From: the human T2T-CHM13v2.0 reference genome, Homo sapiens
Assembly: GCA_009914755.4 (NCBI GenBank)
Contig: CP086569.2
Location: forward strand, 13,440,001 to 13,504,000
Direction of reading: 5' to 3'
Length of the DNA: 64,000 nt
Below, piece by piece: positions 1 to 17,729 of this stretch. The position numbers were made by a program, and so were the translations under genes. The first letter of the stretch is position 1, and each line of letters begins with the position of its first letter. The notes beneath the pieces were generated by a model, which made no database searches, had not been told where the DNA came from, and saw nothing but the letters and a program-made list of their open reading frames with translations.

Positions 1-646
1 TCTCACCAGTGTGGACTCAGAGAGGAAGGAAGGTTAGAAGCCAACCCAGGAAAATCTTTGCTGAGGACAGGCCAGCAGAGCTGGGTCATTCATGTTGTAG
101 CATGTGTCAGAATTTCCTTTTTATTTCCTAGTAATATTTCATTTTGTGGATAGACCACATTTTGTCTGTGCATCCTTCCATCCGTGGAGCAGTATATGTT
201 TTGATAAAATGGCTAGCTGTTAAAGTCCATATTAGATGTAAGCCAAATAACATTACAGAGTAAACATCTAATGTAAAAGAGCAAATCTGAAATAATAATA
301 TTATTACAATTTCATTTTAAAACATAATATCCGGATTTCAACAGAATGACATTTTGGTCCAGGAACAGAACTGTTTAGGACTCTCAGCTGCAAGAGGGCT
401 TCTGTGGTCATTACCTTACTTGTTCCCAACACTTAATTAATTCTTCTTTTAGCCTGAGGCCAGTGGAAGGGTGAGATATGTTTTGGGTTTTTAGCTAACT
501 GCTAGTATAGGTTAATGTTACTAACAAGCTGCTATCTCCTCTGATGTAACTGACCAAGCTAGAGAGCTAATTCCTGTTCATACTTGGATTTAAAGAATCA
601 GTGCATGGGGACAATTCACTTTCTTTGAAACAGTTCTGCAAAATGA

Positions 647-1113
<467 letters not shown>

Positions 1114-1270
1114 AAAATAATGTGTTTTAACGCACATTGAATATGGTTACTCTACAGAGCACCCTGGTGCCCCTAGTGGTGTAAAATAGAATTTCTAGTT
1201 GTAAAATTGAGCACAAAGCAGTTGGCTAACATGAAGGTACTTAGAAGCGTTCTGTCTATTCCGGGCTGGC

Positions 1271-1305
1271 TTTTGTTTTGTTTTGTTTTGTTTTGTTTTG
1301 TTTTT
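1271..1305 (+). repeat. (TTTTG)n microsatellite
   Basis: Seven tandem ttttg units immediately 5' of the next Alu T-tail. Confidence 0.8.
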
Positions 1306-1564
1306 GAGACAGAGTCTCGCTCTATTGCCAGGTTGGAGTGCAGTGGCGTGATCTCAGTTTAGTGCAATCTCCATCTCCTGGGTTCATCTGCCTCAGCCTC
1401 CCAAATGGCTGGGATTACAGGTGCCCAGCTAATTTTTGTATTTTCAGTAGAGATGGGCTTTCACCATGTTGGCCAGGATGGTCTTGATCTCCTGACCTCA
1501 TGATCTGCCCACCTCTGCCCCCCAAAGTGATAGAATTACAGGCGTAAGCCACCGTGCCTGGCCA
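1302..1564 (-). mobile_element. Alu SINE (antisense)
   Basis: Begins tttttgagacagagtctcgctctattgccaggttggagtgcagtggcgtgatc and ends ...gcgtaagccaccgtgcctggcc. Confidence 0.85.
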
Positions 1565-1995
1565 TATTAAAAATATGATTAGAAAATCTCACTAGAGTGG
1601 TTATCTGCACATTATGGAAGGGTGGTAGGGAAAGATGTGGTGCAAGTGGATAGCAGTGTTCCTGCCATGCAGAAGAGATTGACTTACTGTATCTCTAAGG
1701 CAATGCTCCAGCTGCAAGGTTACAGATGGCTCTTATCTGTGCTACCCAGTGCAGTAGCCACTGTCCACATGGCCACTGAGCACTTCCAATGTGGACAGAA
1801 TGACCAAGGAACTGAACTTTGGATTTTGTCATTTAAATAACTCCATGTGCAGCTGTGGCTGCTGGATGGCACAGCCAATCCCTGAGAGACTGTCCTTATT
1901 CTACCTCATGACTTGTCAGTGGCCATACCCAGGACTGACATACATTCTATTTGGGACAAAGCTAGGAATGGAGGCAGGGCACAGCAGAGACTCAG

Positions 1996-2368
1996 TGTCA
2001 GGCCTCTGAGCCCAAGCCTGCACGTATACATCCAGATGGCCTGAAGCAAGTGAAGAATCACAAAAGAAGTGAAAATGGCCAGTACCTGCCTTAACTGATG
2101 ACATTACCTTGTGAAATTCCTTCTCCTGGCTCAGAACCTCCCCCACTGAGCACCTTGTGACCCCCATCCCTGCCCACAAGAGAACAACCCCTTTTGACTG
2201 TAATTTTCCACTACCCACCCAAATCCTATAAAACAGCCCCACCCCTATCTCCCTTCACTGACTCTCTTTTCGGACTCAGCCCACGTGAACCCAGGTGATT
2301 AAAAAGCTTTATTGCTCACACAAAGCCTGTTTGGCGGTCTCTTCACAGAGACTCAAGTGACATTCAGT
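1996..2368 (+). mobile_element. solo LTR7 (HERV-H LTR), sense on + strand
   Basis: Starts tgtcaggcctctgagcccaagc and continues ...cagccccacccctatctcccttc...ggactcagccc...ctttattgctcacacaaagcctgtttggcggtctcttcaca. It is near-identical in reverse complement to the two LTRs at 27010-27408 and 32779-33165. It lacks a ~25 bp segment that those LTRs have. Confidence 0.7.
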
Positions 2369-2684
2369 CTCTCCCTTCCCCCATGGCAGAGGCCTCTACA
2401 GGGCTGACTTCAGCAGCTACAGAGGCTCAGAAGCTTTGGGCTTTGGTTCTGGCTGCCAGCTGAGTTCCTCAGTCTTCTTCCATGTTCCCTTTGCAGGTGC
2501 CAAATATGCAAATGACTTCTTTCCCTCCTGTGTCTGACGCGTGGGCCAGGAGGCTGGACAACAGCTGGACCTGCCTGGTATCACTGTCTGTGTAGCATTT
2601 CTGTGTAGCTCACTTTGGCTTCCTCACACCATGGCATCACAGGGTCAGTGGATTCCTCATAATCTATCACATGTATATATTTTT

Positions 2685-2935
2685 TAAGAGACAGGGTCTT
2701 GTTCCATCACCCAGGCTGGAGTGCAGTAGTATGAACATGGCTCACTACAGCCTCAACCTCCTGGGCTCAAATCATCCTCCCACCTCAGCTTCCTTAGTAG
2801 TTGTGACCACCGGTGCACACCACCACGCCTGGCTTTTTGAATTTTGTGTAGAGAGAGGGGTCTCACCGTGCTGCTCAGGTCAATCTCAAACTCCTGACCT
2901 AAAGCAATCCTCCCACAGCAGCGTGGCCATTTACA
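2685..2935 (-). mobile_element. degenerate Alu fragment (antisense)
   Basis: Contains gacagggtcttgttccatcacccaggctggagtgcagtag and later cctcagcttcc...caccacgcctggc. It is diverged and truncated. Confidence 0.5.
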
Positions 2936-4384
2936 CACATACTTTGTGAGACAAAAATCTGTTCCTAATATTTTTATACATGCTTGCTAATGATGGTTTA
3001 TCTGGGAGAACTTTTATTGTATCCATGGGGAACTGCTGTCCCACTAACCCAGCTGGTAGCCCAGTTTTTCCCACAGCAGGGTTGAACTAGCATCTTGAGT
3101 GTCAGATGTTTTCTCTTCCTAGCTTTTTCTTTTTCTCCCCTTTCCTCCAGTTTCAGTCAGTCTAGCTTATTTTCTTCATTAATTAACTGTAAAAGAAGAT
3201 GAAAGAAGTTGTGGATATCATAGCACAGAGAAACCCAGCTGAAAATGAAATTAACATGGCTAGACCCTGCCTTAAAGGATTTTGAGAAATTCCATGAGGT
3301 ATAGTCTGGGTTTTACAATTGCTTTCCTTCTGTGGTGTGATGAATTTGTCTTTTATACTTTCTCTTTGGCTCCTGTGAAAGTATCATAAAGTCAAAATGT
3401 TCCACATTTTGCCACCCATATACTTTTCCTCGTTAAAATGATCTGAGTCATCAAAAGTTTTGTGTTATAAATGCTTTTCAGTTTTCTTTTGTAAGATATT
3501 CTTTATTACATAATACTCTTCAATATTTTTGCCTGCTGGGAAAAATGTCTGATCTCCACAGAGTACTTAAAGAGGCCCCACATGAGCTCTTTCTCCATTC
3601 TTGATTGGGCTATCAGTGTCAGTACTGTCCCAAATTAGAGAAAAGTAAAGTTGGCTTCCCACCGTGAAGCTAGAGAAGTGAGCTCAGGAGGGTCTCCATG
3701 CAGCATTCCCCTGGAAGCCATATTTCATCACCAACATCCATTGGGATTTGCAAATGGACACACCTTATCACAGCTGGGCAGGTGTGGCCAAGATACTAAG
3801 AAGCCACACATAGGATGGTGCAGACTATGGCATGGAAGCCCAGGAAAGCTCCCCTGTCAGGAGTCCTGGCTAAAGGGACTCTAGCTTGTTAATGTAGGTC
3901 GTCATGACTCCCAGGGGGTATCCTTGGTTGATGAGACAGATACAGACTGAGTGGCTCAGGGGAAGTTGTGGCTACTAGTCTCAGTTAACCAGAAGGCAGC
4001 TGTCTTTATTTAGTTACCTAGGTAAACAGCCAGATACGCTGTGTGAACTCTGTGACCCAGCCTCCTGGGGTACCCATATGCATTTTCTCCAGCAAAAGAT
4101 AGGAGATTCTGTTTGTGTTCATATTGGGGCAGGGAGAGGGCATGATTTGCTTGCTTTTTTATCTATTTGGAATAAAAGTTCTTTACGTATTTTTACATAT
4201 GTAAGATTTTAAATGGACAACTAAGAGTGTCCATATTTTTGAAGAAATACGTTTTAAAGATAAGGATAGCTGAATATCTGGAGGCTGTCATTCGTGCTCT
4301 GCCTCAGGGCAAATGGGAGGCGAACAAAATTCTAAAAAGAAGGTATCTGGGCCCGGATTCAGTAGGCAGCTCTTGAATACAGTG

Positions 4385-5575
4385 CTGTAAACCCGCCTGA
4401 GTCCCTGTGACCCAGCGTCTGTCCCAGCGCCCGCACATTGTTCAGTCCCTGAGCACCCTGCACTGTTTGGCATAAGCAGGCATGCTGTATGCAGTCCGCG
4501 AGCCCACTGCACTGTTTGGTACAAGAGCACCCATCTTGTGCGGTCCCTGAGCCCCGGTGCACTGTTTGGCACGAGCTCTTGTGCGTGTGCAGTCCCTGAG
4601 CCTCCGTCCACTGTTTGACACGAGCGCGTGTGCCCTGTGCCATGCTTGAGCCGTCTGCACTATTTGGTATGGACATCCGCCCCGTGTGCAGCCTCTGAAC
4701 CCCCTGCACAGTTTGGCAAAGAGCACCCACTGGGTGAGGTCCCTGAGCCTCCCGAGCACTGTTTGGCAAGACCGTGCAAGCCATGTGCAGTCCCTGAGCC
4801 TCCTGAACTGTTTGGCACGAGCGCGGGCGCCCACTGTGGTCCCAGAGTCCCCTGAGCCACCATGCACAATTTGGCACAGGGGGCTAGCCATGTGCAGTTC
4901 CTGTGCCTCCTGCAGTTTTGCACAAGCGCGCGCATTGTGTGCGGCCCCTAAGCCCCCTGAGATGTTTAGCACGAGCGCCCGTGCCGTTTGCGGTCCCCTG
5001 AGCCCCCTGCACTGTTTGGCACGAGCGCCCGTGCCGTGTGCGGCTCCCGAACCACCTGCACTGTTTGGCACGAGAGCGCGCGCCCTATGCGGTCCCTGAG
5101 CCTCCAGAACCACCGATCACTGTTTGGCACAAGCGTGCGCGCCGTGTGCAGTCCCTGAGCCTCGTGGACTGTTTGGCACAAGAGCACCCACTGGGTGCGG
5201 TCCCCGAGCTTCCGTGCACTGTTAGGCACGAGCGCGCAACCATGTGACCTCCGTGAGCCTCCTGCACGGTTTGGCACGAGCGCCCGTGTTGTGTGCGGTC
5301 CCCGATCCCCCTGCACTGTTTGAAAAGAGCACGCAAGCCATGTACAGTCCCTGACCCTCCTGCACAATTTGTCACGAGCGCGTGCACCGCCTGCGGTGCC
5401 TGAGCCTCGTCAGCCACCGTACTCTACTGGACAAGGGCGCTTTTGCCGTGTGCGGTCTCTGAGCCACCTAAGCCACTGTGCCCTGTTTGGCACAAGAGCC
5501 GTGTGCCGTCCCAGAGCGCCCTGCGCTGTTTGGCAGCAGTGCGCGCTGTGTGAAGTCTTTGAGCCCCCTGCGTTC
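4385..5575. repeat. 49-bp GC- and CpG-rich minisatellite, about 24 tandem copies
   Basis: The unit is approximately gcactgtttggcacgagcgcccgtgccgtgtgcggtccctgagccccct. The anchor actgtttggc recurs at 4962, 5011, 5060, 5119, 5168, 5218, 5265, 5315 and 5364, giving spacings of 47-50 bp with one 59-bp variant. Each unit carries 4-6 CpGs. The overlapping multi-frame ORFs on both strands (up to 223 aa) are repeat-translation artefacts. Confidence 0.85.
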
Positions 5576-5583
5576 TTTTCCAG

Positions 5584-5712
5584 GAGTGAGCTGGGCTGGA
5601 GTCCTCACTCCTGGCATGACACCAAGTTCACCAACAACCACCCTGAACTAACGGCCTCACGGTTCCCCTCCGCCAGCTGCTGCCCTTCCTGGCCTGGCTG
5701 TCACCACTGGAG
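5584..5712 (+). pseudogene. SHROOM2P1: SHROOM2-like exon, 129 bp, coding the segment just C-terminal of the PDZ domain (…[43 protein letters not shown])
   Basis: The acceptor is ttcttttccag|G at 5573-5583 and the donor is AG|gtagac at 5711-5718. The translation matches the Shroom2 motif [24 protein letters not shown] as I remember it. The exon ends in phase 2, and AG plus the first T of the large exon at 8871 gives the Ser that continues …[10 protein letters not shown]. The symbol is my inference: homology is to SHROOM2, and the disabled state suggests the Y-linked pseudogene. Confidence 0.6.
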
Positions 5713-6224
5713 GTAGACAACTGTTCCTGTCCGACGCCAGGTTTGTTCAGGCTTCTGCAGTCTCCCAAGTTTTCAGGCTTGTCCGACACTTCTTGACTGA
5801 AGAATGATAATGTTTTTGGTAAGACTGTGCCACTGACAGATGATCACAATTTGAGCGCTGTGAGTTTTTCATTGAACAGGCAAGCGTGTGACGCTGAGAA
5901 ACAAAATGACATGGCAAGACAGGGCATGAGTGACAAGGAGATTGCAGGACGGGGCTGCCCAGCGAGATGCCAGGTATAGGGTTCTTAGCCAGTGGGGCAG
6001 GGTTCATTGCACCCCCGTGTCCGCAGCCACCATCCTCTTTTCCAGGATTTTACGGGTGGACTGGAATGCAGGAGATATTTGTGGGGCGGCGGGTGTATCC
6101 TGTAAAAGCTCCCAGGAGGTTCTGTTAAGTTTTGGCAGCCTCTCCTTGAACCTCAGGGCATTAGCGGCAGTATCCTCACTTGTCTCCTGTTAAAAGGGTG
6201 GCAGTAACAGCAGATAGTCTCGTT

Positions 6225-6490
6225 TTGGTGTGTGTATGTGGATATCCTCCTGCTTGTGTGAGTGTGCATATCTGTGTGTGTTTGTGGTTGTGTGTATGTA
6301 TGTGGGGGGTTGGACATGTATGTTTTTACATGTTTGTGTGTATGTATTCATGTGTCTATATGTATATTTGTGTCTATGTGTGTGTGCATGTGTATCTCTG
6401 CTTGTATGTATGTGTGCACATATGTATCTGTATGTGAGTATATGAGTTTGAGCATGTTTGTGTGTGTGCAGGTATGTGTGTGAATTTAGA
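6225..6490. repeat. GT-rich imperfect (TG)n/(TGTA)n microsatellite block
   Basis: gtgtgtatgtgtg... low-complexity sequence. It explains the Cys/Val/Met-rich + ORFs and the His/Thr-rich minus ORF across this region. Confidence 0.8.
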
Positions 6491-6532
6491 GCTAATGTAA
6501 CCACTCAGTTTTGGCTGTTAGTAACTGGTCTT

Positions 6533-6688
6533 GGCTGGTCACAGTGGCTCTCGCCTGTAATCCCAACATTTTGTGAGGCTGAAGTGGGAAGATTGCTTAA
6601 GGCCACAGAGTTTGAGACCAGCCCGGGCAATACAGCAAGACCACATGTCTACTAAAAATTAAAAACAAAAAACAAAACAAAAAAAAAC
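6533..6688 (+). mobile_element. free left Alu monomer (FLAM-like) with A-tail
   Basis: ggctggtcacagtggctctcgcctgtaatcccaacattttgtgaggctgaagtggg...gagaccagcccgggcaatacagcaag followed by a poly-A/(AAAAC)n tail. It is about 155 bp. Confidence 0.65.
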
Positions 6689-6690
6689 TT

Positions 6691-7207
<517 letters not shown>

Positions 7208-8083
7208 TACTGGTGTGTGAAATTGCAAGGTAAAGATTTATGTGGCATGAAGGAAATATATTGAAATACAACATTACCTACCTAAAGTGACAAAAGATGA
7301 TGGTACTTCGAGCCAATTTTATTGTTGAAAACAACCAAAGATTCCCAACTGAGTTGTAAAACTTAAGTGAACAGTGGGCCTTTTATTTTATTCCTGAAGT
7401 GACTTTTAAGGTAAGGAGATCTCCATTAAGCCCATTTGGCAGTCTCTTGATGAAATAAACATGCACACTGCCCACATATCTGTGGAAACAGTGCTCAATG
7501 TTCTCTAGGTCTGCTTGGACTTGGTATTGCCTGGAAAAATCCCCTCTGGAATATTGGTGAGTAGTCAGGAGCATGCCCCATGTTTGAGGATATGTGGTCT
7601 GTTCTTATAGAAGATGGTGGGAAACCCAAACAGTCCTCTCCCTCCCGCGGATGACAGCCAGTCATTCTCTAGTGTTCTGTCCTGGTCACGCGGTTCTCTC
7701 ATCCTCACTGTCCCCCAACCTAGTGGAGCCACAGCTTCTTCCCCTTGAAGGGTCAAAGTCTCAGCTTTGTTGAGCTTTAAAGAAAGCATTTTACATCCTG
7801 GATAAATAGTTTCACCATTGAGAACTCTCACACAATTATCACCTTTCAGAGGAATGTCTCAATGTCTCAGTCACTTTATTTCATCTTCTTACATGCCATC
7901 CTATTAAGGAGCCTGTTTCTTGGTGTTCACATATAGCTTCAATAACTTCACAGCGTGCAACTACTCAGCTGAAAGCTAAACACAGCAGTTTATGGTATTT
8001 CTGTAGATTGGTGGAAAAGTAATTGCAGTTTTTGCTATTACACCAACTTCCTTCTCCCCCTCCTCCTCCTCTTTCTTCTCCTA

Positions 8084-8328
8084 TTGAGACAGAGTCTCAG
8101 TCTCCTGTCCAGGCTGGAGTGCAGTGGTGCAGTCTTGGCTCACTGTAGCATCATGTGATCCTCCCACCTCAGACTCCTGAGTAGCTGGGACTGTAAGAGT
8201 GTGCCACCACACCTTGCTAATTTTTGAAACATTTTTATAGAGACAGGGTCTTCCTACATTGCCCTAAATGCTTTGAAACTCCTGGCCTTGAGTGATCCTC
8301 CCACCTCAGCCTCTTAACGCACTGGAAT
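8084..8328 (-). mobile_element. Alu SINE (antisense)
   Basis: gagacagagtctcagtctcctgtccaggctggagtgcagtggtgc...cctcccacctcagcctcttaacgcactgg. Confidence 0.8.
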
Positions 8329-8870
8329 TTTAACCCTGAGTGACCAAGCCTGGTCTATATAACAGGCTAGATAATACGTATTTTCACTTCACTTACGAAC
8401 TGAAATTTGAATTTCAGATCATTTTTATAGGTTAAATAGGAGAAATAGTATACCTTTATTTCTTCCCCCCACCATTAAACATATAAAAACCATTCTTAGC
8501 TTTTGGGTTGTCATGTGCCCACCTCTGCACTTAACTATTGATTGACCATAGATGTGTAAATTCAGACTTTACCTGCCAGTAATCTGGGCATCAGGCTGAT
8601 AATTTGCCCTACTATTGAAAGGCATCTGTTTGTAAAAAGACATGCTACCGGGAGGACACGTTCTTTTCAGCCTGCACTTTCTTTCTGCCTGTCTCTACTA
8701 AAATCTATGTGTGTTAAGCTGAAACCTCAGCCCCAGTGATTTGACCCTGAGAAGTTACTGTTTGGCATTTTGATATTTCCACAGAGGGCCAGCTGTGTAC
8801 GCCACGTTGCTCTTTGCCAATTACTGACACTAAAGAACAACATGCCTTGTACTTCTTCTTGTTCTTGTAG

Positions 8871-11025
<2,155 letters not shown>

Positions 11026-11794
11026 GTAAGCCATGGAGCCAAGCGAGGGCATGACCCCCCTTTGACCATCATCTTAACACATGGACAGGACACACCCAGG
11101 ATGCAATGGCTGAGGCCAGCGCTACTTAGCTCCAGCTGTTCAGGAGTTTACCTTTCCCATACCTCCTAGTGTCCACTGTGTCAGAGTTACTTGGGGACAA
11201 AATCAACATATTCAAGGTAATTTAAAATGCCAGGTTCTCAAAAACCCACTTTTTTCATTCCCGTTCTTGCTGCCATAATCTCTGGCTTTAACTGTCTTTC
11301 ACCTTAAGTAGCCTGTTCCTACCTTCAGACTCAGCAAAGAACTTGGAGAGAAACTGTCGAAAATGATAACGAACCACCTTGACCTGGAAAAATGTGTGGT
11401 TTATTTAAAGGCTTAAAACAACATACAATAGTCACCAAACACTGATGATATTTAATGTCTATGGTATTTGGGTTTTTATACTATTCTGTTTTTTATCTGC
11501 AAATATTTTTAAGGATTGCTCTGGAACAAAATGTAGTCTTTTTTGAAAACACCTAAAACACATTAAGTTATTGCACATTTTTAAGGTGAGAGTTTTGATG
11601 GTCAGAGTTTACATCAAGCTTTCTAGAAAACTGTGTATTTCACAGCCCTGCTTCAAAGTTGACAGTCCCTTTCTCTCTTGCCCCTGCCCCTTTGAAAGCT
11701 TTTTCTCCCTATTACATCTGCACCTGTATATTTCAAAGAAAAAAAGTTCTGCAGTGATAGATACAGTTCCTTTTTAAAAGAATAAGAGGTGAGT

Positions 11795-12054
11795 GGGCTG
11801 GTGCATTTGCAGTCCTACCAGTTTGGATGGCCAGGAAAGGATGATCACTTGAGAACAGGAGTTCCAAACCAGTCTGGGCAACAAAGCAAGACCTTGTCTC
11901 TACAAAAAAGGAAAAAATACTTCGCCAGGTGTCACAGTGGTGCCCAGGAGGTATAGGTTTCAATGAACTGTGTTCTCAACACTATACTCCAGCCTGGGCA
12001 AAGGAGCAGTAAGTAGTACCCTCTCTCAACAAAAAAAAAAAAAAAAAAAAAAAA
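11795..12054 (+). mobile_element. old Alu (AluJ-like) with ~25-nt poly-A
   Basis: ggctggtgcatttgcagtcctaccagtttggatggccaggaaaggatgatcacttgagaacaggagttccaaaccagtctgggcaacaaagcaagacc...actccagcctgggcaaaggagcag followed by A25. It is strongly diverged. Confidence 0.7.
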
Positions 12055-12304
12055 GAACCACTAATAAATTTAATAGAAGATATTTAATATGTGCATGGAA
12101 AGAAAGCTGCTGGTTTGCTCTGTGGTGTCCCGGCTCTGAAAATCCATGCAGATGGTGTGAGTGTGTGTTTTCAGCATTGGAATACCCTGGCTTGTGGGCT
12201 ATTCAGCATTACCTCTGAGAATATCATGCTTGCTCTTTCAGGAGCAAAGAATCTGGGGCCCTGACATCCTAGAGCTTGAGGTTTCACCACTATAATTTGT
12301 GACC

Positions 12305-12395
12305 AGCTATATTTTATTTTATTTTATATTTTATATTCTATTTTATTTTAAATTTTTTATTTTGTTTTATTTATTTTATTTTATTTTAATTTCTT
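12305..12395. repeat. AT-rich (ATTTT)n-type simple repeat
   Basis: atattttattttattttatattttatattctattttattttaaattttttattttgttttatttattttattttattttaatttc. Confidence 0.75.
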
Positions 12396-12594
12396 TTGGC
12401 CAGTTGTGCCACACGGTTTTACAGGCTTCACGTAGGAGTTCTGTTTCCTGCCCAGAACAGAAGTGGTTATGGGATCTTAGTTGTTTCAATGAAATGCTTT
12501 GTAGAGCTGCACTGGCAAGGTGAACGCACAAATGACGGCTTTCATAATCACAGCCAGCTGTGGACTTAGTGTCTCATTGTGTTACCCTTTGCAG

Positions 12595-12880
12595 GATGCT
12601 TCCGTCAAACTGCGAAGGCAGGCAGAGGACCCCGGCAAGCACATAGAAGAGCTTCCCTCTGCAGTCTGGGCCAAAGAGGAATAGTCCATGCCGACGTGGA
12701 TGAAATTTGGATTCAGAGTTACTGAAGAAGTGTCTGGAGGTGGGCCTCAGTACGTATGGTGGGTGACATCTGGTTTTTGCCCAACATAAAGCAGCTGAAA
12801 CCCGGCATGATTTCCAGCATCCCTGATGCCCTGGAGGTCTGGACAGAACCTGTGCATCCTGCAGCCCTGCCCAGAGACAC
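12595..12880 (+). pseudogene. SHROOM2P1: SHROOM2-like downstream exon (start is firm, end is approximate), with an in-frame TAG and a frameshift
   Basis: The acceptor is ccctttgcag|GATGCT at 12594/12595. The translation is DASVKLRRQAEDPGKHIEELPSAVWAKEE*, with TAG at 12682-12684. This continues the homology after ...HYKL of the large exon: my recalled Shroom2 sequence reads ...[34 protein letters not shown]. A second frame carries ...AALPRDTSLGQEG, similar to GTLPRDYRYSEES. Homology fades after about 12880. Confidence 0.45.
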
Positions 12881-13345
12881 ATCCCTAGGGCAGGAAGGCC
12901 TTCTTATGCAGCAGTGACATTTTTGGTTCTTGAAATAGCTGCTGTGTTTTCTGCATAGTAAGACTGTTTTTGGAGACAGAATGAGAAATCCAGTTTACCA
13001 CACTGGAGCTGGACACTTTTCACAGAATGCCTGGTGGAAGGTCAGCTTTAGCTGTCTAGCACACAGCTGTGTGCCTAGCCATGGCGTGGAAATCAGAGTT
13101 TTCTCTAAGGATAATCAGTCAGAAAGGAATAGGGCAGTCCTTCCTAAATTGGATCTAGTTAATGAGTTAATTTTGAGCTTTAAAATAGAAATCTAGTCAG
13201 TTGACTCCCAGAGAGGCTGCAAGCATCTGCAGGAACCATGGCAGGAGCAGCAGATTAGAGCATTTTGTGCCATAATTCCAGAACATGCCTTGTAGCTGCT
13301 TAGCTGAGGCAAGGACAGAGTTAGATAAAATATATAGTATAATCT

Positions 13346-13731
<386 letters not shown>

Positions 13732-13902
13732 TTACGGGAATAATTGTGCATATGGATTTTTCTGTCGCTTTGAGAATCTTGTGTGATTGCCGTGACTTTC
13801 AGATTAAACACTGACCTCAAAACTCAAGGTTCTCTTGCAGAAATTGCAAATTAAAAAGTTTACTTTCAAGCACCTCATGTTACCGGGTTTTATTCATTTC
13901 GC

Positions 13903-14200
<298 letters not shown>

Positions 14201-14494
14201 CTTTTATCTTTTTTGAGACAGAGTCTCACACTGTCACCCAGGTTGGAGTGCAGTGGCATGATCTTGGCTCACTGCAACTCCACCTGCCAGGTTCAAGTGA
14301 TTCTCTTGCCTCAGCCACCCAAGTAGCTAGGACTACAGGAACACACGACCACACCTACTAACTTTTGTATTTTTAGTAGAGATGGGGTTTCGCCATGTTG
14401 GCCAGGCTGGTCTTGAACTCCTGACCTCAAGTGATCCACCGGCCTCGGCCTCCCAAAGTGCTAGGATTACAGGCGTGAGCCACCGTGCCCAGCC
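14201..14494 (-). mobile_element. Alu SINE (antisense), second of a tandem pair
   Basis: cttttatcttttttgagacagagtctcacactgtcacccaggttggagtgcagtggcatg...gtgagccaccgtgcccagcc. Confidence 0.85.
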
Positions 14495-16017
14495 TCATTT
14501 GGCTTTAAACTGAGAGCTGGTAGCCTTCTACATGGGGATCAAATATTAATGTGACTCTGCAGCAACGGGATTGATATTGTGTGTGTGCTTGTGTAGGAAG
14601 TCTCTGTAGTTACTTAATTGACTCTGAGGCTGAATCCAAGAATGTATGTGTCAGAAAAGCTGACGAATAATCCACCTACAGAATGTAGCTGTGTCTGAGA
14701 AGCACAGTTGGAGCTTTATGACTGTGGATTCCAAGTAGGTCGGGTGCTGAGGGCCAGATGCTGTCTGTTTTCCAAGCCAGCTCTCAGACGGTGGAAGACG
14801 GCTGTGTAGTGCATTGCGTGCAGTGCTCAGTGAGCTCTGCACTGCGGGCCCTTGCTCTGCTGCTGAGCTCTGCCTGATGCCCCAAGAATTTCAGCTGTGC
14901 AGAGGGCATCCATGCTGGTGGGGTTGTATATCTCTTCTGTGCATGGAGAGGGTCACCCTGAACAGCTGTCATGTGCAGACTGTGTGTGTGTGAGTGAATG
15001 GCAGTATTAATGCTGTAAAAGGTCGAGAGGAGGTGGGGGTTGCCCATGCTTCATTCATCAAGGCCATGTCTTTCAGCAGACTGCATAACCACTCTGAAGA
15101 AATTAGTTCCAGGAACTCTGCTTTTGAGCTACCAACTTAGCAATTTTCAGAATTGTGTGCGTGTTTTTGAATGGCAAGACATGATGATATTCCAGCATAT
15201 GTAGGTTGAAAAGGTATCTCCAGCTTATTTCAGAGACTCTAATTTCTGAAGGGTCAATAAGAAAGAATACACTTCAAAAATTAAAATGGAGAATAACAGA
15301 AGTCAGAATTCAGGCTCACCAAAAAAAAAAAAATCTAAAATACAAAGGTTTGAAGATACCCAATGTTTTGTATAAGTTTAAAGTAACGTAAACATGTCTG
15401 GGTAAGTCAGATAAAGTACTGCTGTGATAACCGATGCATAACAAGAAAAAGTGTTGGTTGTAGTGTTCTGTTTGGATAACAGAAGCACGTTAAGATTGGA
15501 ATTATTTTTTGTTGTTCTTGGTTGTTCATGGGAACCAAATAGAGGTAACATTTTTTGTAAGGTTCAAGATGCTATGTTAATATAAAGCAAAGTAGGGTAG
15601 ATTGAAGTGATGATACATACATATTTGTAATTTTTTTTGGAACAAAGAGGAATGTTTCATATAAGTACAATATCTCAAAACATGGAATGACCTTGAACCC
15701 TTTTTGCACCACACACCATAGCTACCAAATAGATAAAGCAAAAACTGTTGATACACTGGGTAAAAATGACAAATTCATAACCATTATGTGATTTTTCTGA
15801 GGAAATCTATTTATGACCTGAAAATGAGACCCAGACTTTGTCTTACATAGGGTTTTGGGAAGAATGGAGATGCTAAGGTATTGGTGGATTTTTCTCAAAA
15901 GTGGGAATGTTCAGGAAGTGCTTGCCCTTTATCTGTAAAAGTGTGGATATTCCAACAAGACTTGCTGATTGGTTGATATAAAATGAGCTCATTAGGGTGA
16001 AGCTGTTACTGATTGGC

Positions 16018-17680
<1,663 letters not shown>

Positions 17681-17729
17681 GTAATTTTTTTTAAGTTACA
17701 CGATGCTTCATAAGCTCAGAGAAGAGATG

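Noticed and set aside
1916-2242. 108-aa minus ORF resembling the + ORF at 32899-33144
   Set aside because: Both are chance ORFs inside LTR7 copies (solo LTR and 5' proviral LTR in opposite orientations). The similarity reflects LTR identity, not a conserved protein.
4288-5716. Cluster of long overlapping ORFs on both strands (up to 223 aa, for example 4442-5113 minus, 4686-5099 plus, 4966-5367 minus)
   Set aside because: All lie within the 49-bp GC-rich tandem repeat. The proteins are periodic low-complexity translations (…ALVPNSAGGSG…), and there is no start context or splice support. Only the last 129 bp (5584-5712) is a real exon, of the SHROOM2-like pseudogene.
6180-6504. Cys/Val/Met-rich + ORFs and a His/Thr-rich minus ORF
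   Set aside because: Translation of the GT-rich microsatellite.
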